DNA of 64,000 nt, taken from the NCBI RefSeq assembly GCF_036964565.1, contig NZ_JBALTN010000011.1:54889-118888 (forward strand), in the 5' to 3' direction. Under the pieces are notes generated by a model, which did no database searches, was not told the DNA's origin, and was given only the letters and a program-made list of their open reading frames with translations. Origin of the DNA: Parasphingorhabdus sp. (GTDB taxonomy: Bacteria; Pseudomonadota; Alphaproteobacteria; Sphingomonadales; Sphingomonadaceae). Positions 20,636-28,490 of the stretch are shown one piece after another. Each line of letters begins with the position of its first letter. Within the stretch, counting starts at the first letter, position 1. The position numbers and the translations under genes were made by a program.

Positions 20636-22315
20636 TTACCTGGTCAGCTTCTTATAAGCCACCCGTGTCGGCCGATCCGCGGCATCGCCCAGACGCCGCC
20701 TTTTGTCCTCTTCATAGCTCTCGAAATTGCCTTCGAACCATTCGACATGGCTGTCGCCTTCGAACGCCAGGATATGCGTTGCCAGCCGATCGAGGAAGAA
20801 GCGGTCATGGGAGATGACCACGGCGCAGCCGGCGAAGCTTTCGAGGGCGTCTTCGAGCGCGCGGAGGGTTTCGACGTCGAGATCGTTGGTCGGTTCGTCG
20901 AGCAGCAGCACGTTGCCGCCCTCCTTCAGCATCTTGGCGAGATGGACGCGGTTGCGTTCGCCGCCGGACAGCTGGCCGACCTTCTTCTGCTGGTCGACAC
21001 CCTTGAAGTTGAACGCGCCAACATAGGCGCGGGTCTGGACCTCGTTCTTGCCGAAGGTGAAGAAGTCGTGGCCGCCGGAAATTTCTTCCCAGATATTCTT
21101 GGATGCGTCGAGCGTGTCGCGGCTCTGGTCGACATAGCCGAGCTTGACCGTTTCGCCGAGTTCGAGCGAACCGCTGTCGGGGGTTTCCTGGCCGGTGATG
21201 ATGCGGAACAGGGTGGTCTTGCCGGCGCCGTTGGCGCCGATGATGCCGACGATGCCGCCCGGTGGCAGCGAGAATTCGAGGTCCTCGAACAACAGCTTGT
21301 CGCCATAGGCCTTGGTCAGGCCCTTGGCCTCGATCACCTTCGATCCGAGCCGTTCGGGCGTCTGGATCAGGATCTGTGCCTTGCCGATCACGCGGTTTTC
21401 CTGCGAGGCGACGAGATCGTCGAACGACTTGATACGCGCCTTTGACTTGGTCTGCCGCGCCTTCGGACTCTGCCGCATCCACTGCAGTTCGTTTTCGATC
21501 GCCTTCTGGCGGCTCTTGTCCTCGCGTTCTTCCTGCTCCATCCGCTTGGCCTTGGCTTCCAGCCAGTTGGAATAATTGCCTTCGAACGGCAGGCCCTTGC
21601 CGCGGTCGATTTCGAGCACCCAGTTGACGACATTGTCGAGGAAGTAGCGGTCATGGGTCACGAGTATGACATTGCCGGCATAGTCGATCAGATGCTTTTC
21701 GAGCCAGGCGACGCTTTCCGCATCGAGATGGTTGGTCGGTTCGTCGAGCATGAGGATTTCCGGCTTGTCGAGCAGCAGCCGGCACAAGGCCACCCGGCGC
21801 TTCTCGCCGCCTGACAGGTCGGTCACCGGGCTGTCGCCGGGCGGGCAGCGCAAGGCCTCCATCGCGATTTCCAGCTGGTTGTCGAGGGTCCAGCCATCGA
21901 CGGCATCGATCTTTTCCTGCAGCGTGCCCATTTCCTCCATCAGCGCTTCAAAATCGACGTCTTCCGGCGGATCGCCCATGATGTTCGAGATTTCGTTGAA
22001 GCGGTCGACGAGGTCGGCGACGTCGCGGACGCCGTCCATGACATTTTCCTTGACCGTCTTGCTCTCGTCGAGCTGGGGTTCCTGTGCCAGATAGCCGACG
22101 CGAATGCCCTCGCCTGCCCAGGCTTCGCCCTGAAACTCGTCATCCTGACCGGCCATGATCTTCATCAGCGTCGACTTACCGGCGCCGTTCTTGCCGATGA
22201 TGGCGATCTTCGTGCCAGGCAGGAACTGCAGGTGGATATTGTCGAGCACCGGCTTGGGGGCTCCGGGGAAGGTCTTGGTCAGACCCTTCATGACATAGCT
22301 ATATTGGACGGCCAT
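20636..22315 (-). CDS. ettA: ABC-F translational throttle ATPase EttA
   Basis: 559 aa from ATG 22315 (MAVQYSYVMKG...). It has two Walker A motifs (GKNGAGKST and GANGAGKTT) and two LSGGE signatures. Confidence 0.9.
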   Translation of the reverse strand: MAVQYSYVMKGLTKTFPGAPKPVLDNIHLQFLPGTKIAIIGKNGAGKSTLMKIMAGQDDEFQGEAWAGEGIRVGYLAQEPQLDESKTVKENVMDGVRDVADLVDRFNEISNIMGDPPEDVDFEALMEEMGTLQEKIDAVDGWTLDNQLEIAMEALRCPPGDSPVTDLSGGEKRRVALCRLLLDKPEILMLDEPTNHLDAESVAWLEKHLIDYAGNVILVTHDRYFLDNVVNWVLEIDRGKGLPFEGNYSNWLEAKAKRMEQEEREDKSRQKAIENELQWMRQSPKARQTKSKARIKSFDDLVASQENRVIGKAQILIQTPERLGSKVIEAKGLTKAYGDKLLFEDLEFSLPPGGIVGIIGANGAGKTTLFRIITGQETPDSGSLELGETVKLGYVDQSRDTLDASKNIWEEISGGHDFFTFGKNEVQTRAYVGAFNFKGVDQQKKVGQLSGGERNRVHLAKMLKEGGNVLLLDEPTNDLDVETLRALEDALESFAGCAVVISHDRFFLDRLATHILAFEGDSHVEWFEGNFESYEEDKRRRLGDAADRPTRVAYKKLTR

Positions 22316-22501
22316 AGATTCTGCTTTCTTGTCTTGTTGCGCGAGCCCTGAACCTGTCGAAGGGCGCGGTTTGCGGAACCGGCCTCGACAAGCGCAGCAT
22401 TCACGGAAAATGGGGCTTGTTTGATGGTCCATGTAGCTATTCCGCCCGCCACCCGCAAGAGACCATTGGCAAAGCGCAAAAGGCGGGTTAGTCACTTGAT
22501 C

Positions 22502-23878
22502 ATGAGAAAAACATCCCAACTGCTCGCTGGCGCGACCGCGCTGTTTCTGTCCACCTCGGCCCTGGCCAATGATCATGATCCGGCCGCGCTGCAGGCCAAG
22601 GCACTGCAGGACGATATCGCCTGGGATATCACCGAGGGCCTGACGACCGAAATCGGGCCCCGCCAGGCCGGAACCGAGGCAGAAGCGCGGGCGAGAGCCT
22701 GGGCGGTTGCCAAGCTGAACCGGCTGGGCTTCAGTAATGTGCGCAACGAGCCCTATATGATGCCGACCTGGGTCCGCGGACAGGAAACGGCGGTGGTGAC
22801 CAGTCCGTTTCCGCAAAAGCTGGCGGTGACCGCGCTCGGCAACAGCGCCAGCACCGGCGACAAGGGGCTGACCGCCGAGGTCGCCTATTTCCCGACCCTG
22901 CAGGACCTGATCGCGGCGCCGGACGGCAGCCTGGCTGGCAAGATCGCCTTTGTCAGTCATGCGATGAAGCCGACACAGGACGGATCGAGCTACGGTGCCT
23001 TTGGCTCCGCCCGGTTTGTCGGACCGAATATTGCCGCGAAAAAGGGCGCTGCGGCGATCGTCATCCGCTCTGCCGGAACCGATTATCATCGCAATCCGCA
23101 CACCGGCAACACCAATTTCGACGAAGGCGTGACGCCGATTCCGGCGGGCGCGCTATCGATCCCCGATGCGGAAAATCTGGAGCGGATGATCGAGCGCGGC
23201 CAGCCGGTCCAGCTCAAGCTGGTGTTGACGCCGAAGAATATCGGCCAGCAGGAATCGGGCAATGTCATCGCCGAACTGCCCGGCAGCGACCCTTCGCTGG
23301 GCATGATCGTGATCGCCTGTCATCTCGACAGCTGGGACCTGGGTACCGGCGCGATCGACGACGCGTCGGGCTGCGGGATCATCACCGCGGCGGCGAAACA
23401 TATCATGACGGCCGGGCAGCCGAAGCGGACCATCCGGTTGCTCTGGGCGGGCGCCGAGGAGGTCGGCATCTGGGGCGGCAAGGCCTATGGCGAGGCGCGC
23501 AAGGGCGATCATCATGCGCTGGCGATGGAATCGGATTTCGGCGCGGGCCGGATCTGGCGCGTCGAGTTCAACCTGCCGGAAGCCGCCACGCCGCTGGCGG
23601 ACGAGATCGCGCAGGCGCTGCAGCCGCTCGGCATCGGACGCGGCCAGCAAAAAGCGGGCGGCGGCGCGGATGTGCAGGCGATCATCAAGAACAACAATCT
23701 GGCGATCATCGACCTGCAGCAGGACGGCAGTCGCTATTTCGACCTCCACCACACGCCCGATGACACGCTGGACAAGGTCGATCCGGAAGAATTGCGCCAG
23801 AATGTCGCGGCCTGGACCACGGTGCTGTCGATTGTCGGCAATGATGACAGCGACCTGAGCATGCCGGCCCCGGAATGA
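22502..23878 (+). CDS. Secreted M28-family aminopeptidase
   Basis: Signal peptide MRKTSQLLAGATALFLSTSALA. It has a PA-like insert and M28 metal-ligand regions (HLDSWD..GAIDDASG). Confidence 0.75.
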   Translation: MRKTSQLLAGATALFLSTSALANDHDPAALQAKALQDDIAWDITEGLTTEIGPRQAGTEAEARARAWAVAKLNRLGFSNVRNEPYMMPTWVRGQETAVVTSPFPQKLAVTALGNSASTGDKGLTAEVAYFPTLQDLIAAPDGSLAGKIAFVSHAMKPTQDGSSYGAFGSARFVGPNIAAKKGAAAIVIRSAGTDYHRNPHTGNTNFDEGVTPIPAGALSIPDAENLERMIERGQPVQLKLVLTPKNIGQQESGNVIAELPGSDPSLGMIVIACHLDSWDLGTGAIDDASGCGIITAAAKHIMTAGQPKRTIRLLWAGAEEVGIWGGKAYGEARKGDHHALAMESDFGAGRIWRVEFNLPEAATPLADEIAQALQPLGIGRGQQKAGGGADVQAIIKNNNLAIIDLQQDGSRYFDLHHTPDDTLDKVDPEELRQNVAAWTTVLSIVGNDDSDLSMPAPE

Positions 23879-24117
23879 GGATCGCCGCCCTTTTTGCGCC
23901 GCTTGCGCTGATCGTAGCGGGCTGTTCGGAAACCCCTGTCGAGGAGAAGGGCGAAGAGGCGATCGCGGCGCACGAGGAGCAGATCGAGGCAGACGCGCGT
24001 ACGATGGAGGAGGTCGCTGACGAGGCGGTCAGGGCGCGGGAAGCGGACATCGACGCCGAACTGGCCGCCGATGGCGTCGGCGTACCGGTGGCGGCGCCGG
24101 CAAAGGACGAAAACTAG
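23875..24117 (+). CDS. Small acidic lipoprotein
   Basis: 80 aa. The ATG overlaps the upstream stop. It has a lipobox (LIVAGC) and an acidic mature part. Confidence 0.5.
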   Translation: MRIAALFAPLALIVAGCSETPVEEKGEEAIAAHEEQIEADARTMEEVADEAVRAREADIDAELAADGVGVPVAAPAKDEN

Positions 24118-25517
24118 CCCGCGGGCAATACCAGCGTAGCGCGCAAGCCTCCGCCTGCCCGGTTCTTCAGGATGATATCCCCGCCATGGTCGCGCGCGAT
24201 GGCGCGAGCCAGCGTCAGGCCGAGGCCGGAACCGCCGGTTGCCCGGTTGCGCGAGGCCTCGCCGCGCAGAAATGGTTCGAACATCGATTCGATGGTCGCT
24301 TCGGGAATGCCCGGCCCGCTGTCGTCGATATGTATCATCAGCCTGTCACCGGAGTTTTCCACAGAGATATCCGCAGCCTTGCCATATAGCGTGGCGTTTC
24401 CGACCAGGTTGCGCAATGCGCGCCGAACCAGCGTCTCGCGTACCAGGGCGCGTTGCTTGTCGCCGCGCTGATAGCGGACGATGTGCCCGAGATCGGTGAA
24501 TTCATCGACGACGGTTTCGATCAGCGAGCGGATGTCGACCGGCTCGGCCTGGTCCTGTGACCGTCCGAGACGGGCCAGCGAGAGAATGTCGTCCAGCATA
24601 TGGTCGATATCCTCGATGCCAGCGATCATGCGCTCGCGTTCGGTGGCGTCCTCGACATTCTCGACGCGGACGCGCAGCGCCGCCAGCGGCGTCCGCAGGT
24701 CGTGACCGATCGCGCCAAGCATGACATCCTTTTCGCTGATCATCGTGCTGACGCGCGCGCCCATCGCGTTGAACGCGCGGATCAGGTCGCGGGTGTCCGG
24801 CGGGCCCTGCTCGGGCAGCGCCGGGGTTTCTCCCGGCCGGAAATCGAGGGCCGTGGCGGTCAGCGATTTCAGCGGGCGGGACACGTAGCGGCCGAGCAGG
24901 AACAGCGGGATCAGCATCAGCAGATAGATCATGACCGTCTGGAGCAAGAGCGTCCGCACCATCAGCGGCGAGCGGCCGCGAACGGTGGAGGCGATGCTGA
25001 CCCATTGACCGTCGGCTTGCCGCGCGGAGATGATCACATAGCCGCGGATTGCGCGCGGTTCGAGCCGACCGCCCATCGAGCGGTTGATCGGACCCTTGCG
25101 CCATTCGCCCCGGTTGGCACCGATCAGGTGGCCGGCCATTGCCGGGTCGAGATCGCGGTTGAAGCTCGCCCGGATTTCGGAAAAACCGGTGCCCATATTG
25201 GCGAAGGCCTGACCGGCACGGCTTTCCAGCTCAGGCAGGCGCTGCATGTCATCGGTGACGGCGCTTTCGGCGCTGTATTTGAGCTGGCCCCAGCGCCGCG
25301 CCCGCATCGAGCCAGCGCGGCGAGCCGGTCGGTCGCTGGCCTGGCGCTCGAGTCCGAAGGCGATCCGGGCAACGGCACCGGTCGAGGCCTCGACCAGATT
25401 CTGGGTCTGGGCACCCCGATAGAGGAGAAAGCTGTTGATCGCCTGCGCCAGCAACAGCATCAGCGCGACGAGCAGCAACAATTGGCCGACCAGGCTGCGG
25501 GGCCACAGGCGCTTCAC
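24114..25517 (-). CDS. Two-component sensor histidine kinase (TM-HAMP-HisKA-HATPase)
   Basis: 467 aa from GTG 25517, which forms a GTGA overlap with the response regulator stop. The H-box is GHDLRTPL and the G-box is GGSGLGL. Confidence 0.8.
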   Translation of the reverse strand: MKRLWPRSLVGQLLLLVALMLLLAQAINSFLLYRGAQTQNLVEASTGAVARIAFGLERQASDRPARRAGSMRARRWGQLKYSAESAVTDDMQRLPELESRAGQAFANMGTGFSEIRASFNRDLDPAMAGHLIGANRGEWRKGPINRSMGGRLEPRAIRGYVIISARQADGQWVSIASTVRGRSPLMVRTLLLQTVMIYLLMLIPLFLLGRYVSRPLKSLTATALDFRPGETPALPEQGPPDTRDLIRAFNAMGARVSTMISEKDVMLGAIGHDLRTPLAALRVRVENVEDATERERMIAGIEDIDHMLDDILSLARLGRSQDQAEPVDIRSLIETVVDEFTDLGHIVRYQRGDKQRALVRETLVRRALRNLVGNATLYGKAADISVENSGDRLMIHIDDSGPGIPEATIESMFEPFLRGEASRNRATGGSGLGLTLARAIARDHGGDIILKNRAGGGLRATLVLPAG

Positions 25518-26233
25518 AGCGACAGGACCTCGCCGGCCAGCACATAGCCGCCGCCCCACACCGTCTTGATGATCTCGGGGTTTTTCGGATCCGCCTCGAT
25601 CTTGCGGCGCAGGCGGCTGATCTGGTTGTCGACGGCGCGGTCGAAGGCATGGGCCTCGCGCCCCTGGGTGATGTCGAGCAGCTGATCGCGGTTGAGCACC
25701 TTGCCGGCGCGCGAAACCAGCGCCAGCAGCATCTGATATTCGCCGGTGGACAGCGAGATGGTATCGCCATCCGCGTCGACCAGGCTGCGCTTGTCGCATT
25801 TCAGCGTCCAGCCGGAAAAGCGGTAGCCGCCCTCCGAGGTGCCGACCTGCCGCGGCGCGCCCTTCTCGGCTCGGCGCAGGACCACCTTGATCCGCGCCAC
25901 CAGTTCGCGCGGGCTGAACGGCTTGGTGACATAGTCGTCGGCACCGAGTTCCAGACCGATGATCCGTTCGGTTTCCTCGGTCCGGGCGCTGATGAAGATC
26001 ACGGGGATCTCGGTCTTGTCGGTGACATGACGGCAAAAACTCAGGCCATCCTCGCCTGGCATCATGATGTCGAGCAGGATGATGTCGAAATCATAGGCGT
26101 TGAGCAGTGACCGGGCGACGCTGGCGTCGCTTGCCTGCTGGACCTTGTAACCCTGCTTGACGAGATAGTCCGCCAGCGGCTCGCGCAGCGAGGCTTCGTC
26201 ATCGACCAGCAATATGTGAATCTTGTGCGTCAT
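25514..26233 (-). CDS. OmpR/PhoB-family response regulator
   Basis: 239 aa with a receiver domain (ILLVDDE..DIILLDIMMPG) and a winged-helix C-terminus (TVWGGGY). Confidence 0.85.
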   Translation of the reverse strand: MTHKIHILLVDDEASLREPLADYLVKQGYKVQQASDASVARSLLNAYDFDIILLDIMMPGEDGLSFCRHVTDKTEIPVIFISARTEETERIIGLELGADDYVTKPFSPRELVARIKVVLRRAEKGAPRQVGTSEGGYRFSGWTLKCDKRSLVDADGDTISLSTGEYQMLLALVSRAGKVLNRDQLLDITQGREAHAFDRAVDNQISRLRRKIEADPKNPEIIKTVWGGGYVLAGEVLSL

Positions 26234-26342
26234 CCGTTCGCCCTATCACAGGAATTCCAAAAAGAAACGGACCGCCAGCCATCGGGAGGGAGGGGAATGG
26301 CTGACGATCCGTTCGCAAAACAGGGGATTCAGGGATTGGCCC

Positions 26343-26930
26343 CTATTTTTTCCACTGGGCGCGCATCGCCTTCCAGGCCGCCTGACGCTCTTCGCTGGTC
26401 AGCTTGCCGTCCTTGTTGGCATCGGCCTGGTCGAAGCGGGCGGTCGCCATCGATGTGAATTCGGCCTTGCTGATCTTCTGGTCGCCATTGCTATCGGCCT
26501 TGGCCAGCATTGCCATGCCGCGACCACCGCGGTGTCCGCGCATGCCCTTGCCTTTGCCCTTCTTTGCCATGGCTTCTTCCTGGCTCAGCGTGCCGTTGCC
26601 ATCCTTGTCGCGACGCTCGAAATGGCGGGCCTCGCGGGCGGCGCGAGCGGCATCCATCTCGGCTTGCGAGACCTGGCCGTCGCCGTTGCTGTCCATCTTG
26701 GCGAAACGCTCGGCCTGCTTCGCTTCACGATCTTCCTTGGACAGGAAGCCGTCGCCGTTGACGTCCATGCGGGCGAAGCGCTGGTCGAGCGACTGGGTCA
26801 GTTCCGAGCGGCTGACCGCGCCGTCGCCATTGGTGTCGGCGCGCATGCCGCGGTCGCCGGGAGCGGCAACGGCGATGCCGCCGGCCATCAGCATGGCGGT
26901 GGCGGTGGAGAATAGGATTGTCTTTTTCAT
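26343..26930 (-). CDS. Secreted protein with six EF-hand calcium-binding loops
   Basis: 195 aa. It has a signal peptide and six DxNxDGxhSxxE-type loops: DTNGDGAVS, DVNGDGFLS, DSNGDGQVS, DKDGNGTLS, DSNGDQKIS and DANKDGKLT. Confidence 0.8.
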   Translation of the reverse strand: MKKTILFSTATAMLMAGGIAVAAPGDRGMRADTNGDGAVSRSELTQSLDQRFARMDVNGDGFLSKEDREAKQAERFAKMDSNGDGQVSQAEMDAARAAREARHFERRDKDGNGTLSQEEAMAKKGKGKGMRGHRGGRGMAMLAKADSNGDQKISKAEFTSMATARFDQADANKDGKLTSEERQAAWKAMRAQWKK

Positions 26931-27025
26931 GTCTGTGTTCCTCTTGGTTCAGGCAGACGGTCTTTTTTCCGTCCTGGATGTCCTTCTAGTGGCGACTTGT
27001 CGCTGAACTTTGTCAGAACGGCCGA

Positions 27026-27042
27026 AAATTGTCGCAAATTGT
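27026..27042. promoter_or_regulatory. Direct repeat AAATTGT-N3-AAATTGT (10-bp phasing) upstream of the EF-hand gene
   Basis: AAATTGT occurs at 27026-27032 and at 27036-27042, about 95-110 bp upstream of the 26930 start. The geometry fits a winged-helix regulator site. This is speculative. Confidence 0.25.
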
Positions 27043-27130
27043 AACGGACGGGCGCGGCGGTTCATGCGCATGACAGGCCGGGGCCGGTGCGGAGTGGCGT
27101 GGCGGGCGGGACGGGCGCGGGAATGATATT

Positions 27131-27893
27131 GTTCTTGTTTGCCGTCCCCTCCTGTCCGCGATCTCTGGCGGCGATGGCGTTGCGCGGGGCGAACGGCCCG
27201 ACAGGAGGGGGCCGGCCGGCATTGATCTAGGCGAAATACCGGATGGCAGGCTTGTTGTCTGCCGGCAAAACGCGGGCCGGACAAGAACGCTGCCGTTCGC
27301 TGGCTGCACTGCGCATTTCGGCGGGATAGCGCGGAAATATGGGGTTGAGGCGAAACAAGAAAGCTGTGGTCTACCGGACTGGGCGGGGCTTATGTCGCTG
27401 CGCCGGTGGCGAAATTGGCGGAGCGGCCGACATGGCTGCGGCGGAACAAGAACGTCCCTGTTCTGCTGCCGGTTTCGGCTTGCGACGGGCTGCCAGGGAG
27501 GTGTTTTGAGCCGTCCCGGTATCTCGTCGCGAGCGTCGATCACGGGGGAACATGGCCAGGCGCACGCTGACGGGCGGAATCCGGAACAAGAAGCCTGCCG
27601 TCCGGGAACAGCAGCTTTGCGGTTCAGGCGGCCTGGCGACCTGCGGGGTGGCGGACGCGCTTGTCCGGGCCGAGCTGGAGGGCCATGGCGATCTGGATGG
27701 CGCGGCCCCTGCTGCCCGCCGGGTCCGGATGGAGGGATGGCAAGCCGCTCCCCAAGGGTCCCCGAAAAGCGCAGAAAACTGCGGGTAGTAGCGGTGCTGG
27801 CGTCATGATTGCGAGCCGGATGCCGGGCGTTCGTGGCGAGACAAGAGTTTTGCCATTGCCCGCAATGGGACGCGAACAGCAGAATTCTTGTTT
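27131..27893. repeat. Dispersed short-motif cluster (G[GA]AACAAGAA and GAACAGCAG) in a non-coding tract
   Basis: Direct copies occur at about 27279, 27352, 27443, 27583 and 27838. Inverted copies occur at 27131, 27251 and 27884. The related GAACAGCAG motif occurs at 27460 (reverse complement), 27605 and 27874. Most copies are preceded by GGCG. Confidence 0.45.
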
Positions 27894-28303
27894 GGCTTGG
27901 CGGTGCCGGTGCGGGTTCGTGGAAGCGCACCTGGCAGATGCCAGCGGCATTTTTGGCGGATTTGAGCCATTGTGGTTCCCGAACGCCGGGAATCGACGTC
28001 GACGGCCCTGGCCGGAGCGTCATGGCCGCATGACGTCACTATGCGCGGGCAAATGGGGGGCCGGGGGCCCTGTCCGGCGGGCTCGAGATCGTGCCGGGCG
28101 GCGGGTGAGTGGATGGAGGTCATGCCGGCTGGTGACAATCATACCGGCGGGTCTTCAATATTATATCGCAAATATTACAGATAATATCGCGAATACAACA
28201 GGTTGAAAGAGATTAATAATATTTAATCCGAATTCATTGCCTAGGGTGTTTTGAGCTGACGTATCCGCCATATTCTGACGCCAGACCAGCTCCTTAGCGG
28301 CTG

Positions 28304-28319
28304 TTAATCAGTTTTTAAC
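28304..28319. promoter_or_regulatory. TTAA-N7-TTAAC (CtrA-box-like) upstream of the PAS kinase
   Basis: TTAAtcagtttTTAAC reads exactly at 28304-28319, about 170 bp upstream of ATG 28491. The region is AT-rich, so a chance match is plausible. Confidence 0.25.
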
Positions 28320-28490
28320 GGAGGATATGGGGCTATTGCAGTATGATCCCTGCCCGCAATCATGTCGCGGTCTGCCTCAGCGGGCGCGCGGTCTCCGCCA
28401 CTGCGCCCTGCCCTCAGGCCTCTATTAACCCAATGGAATATTGTTATAATTCATGATAGCGGTGACGAATCACGCGAAGAAAGAATCCCG

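Noticed and set aside
22316-23101. An N-terminal extension of about 260 aa on the ettA ORF (track ORF 20636-23101)
   Set aside because: The extension runs antisense through the M28 peptidase gene and is not protein-like. EttA homologues begin at MAVQYSY..., which is ATG 22315.
27131-27893. Possibility that the motif array is a CRISPR array
   Set aside because: The repeats are only about 9-12 nt, imperfect, present in both orientations and irregularly spaced (about 40-255 bp). There are no cas genes in the window.
27013-28023. A 336-aa minus-strand ORF, with several 70-180-aa ORFs in all other frames of the same tract
   Set aside because: The translations are P/R/S/C/W-rich, with no hydrophobic core pattern, no motifs and no credible start context. 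Open frames in all six phases argue for non-coding GC-rich DNA. The tract is treated as non-coding and reported as a finding instead.
28213-28226. TTAAtaatatTTAA as a second CtrA-like box
   Set aside because: The spacer is 6 nt, not 7, and it sits in 35% GC DNA where such strings arise by chance.
26931-28490. Possibility that the long gap hides a housekeeping RNA (tmRNA, RNase P RNA, 6S, SRP RNA) or a group II intron
   Set aside because: By eye I found no RNase P GAGGAAAGUCC-type block, no tmRNA tag reading frame (ANDN...-type), no SRP GGAA tetraloop helix context and no domain V-like hairpin. This cannot be excluded without covariance-model scans.
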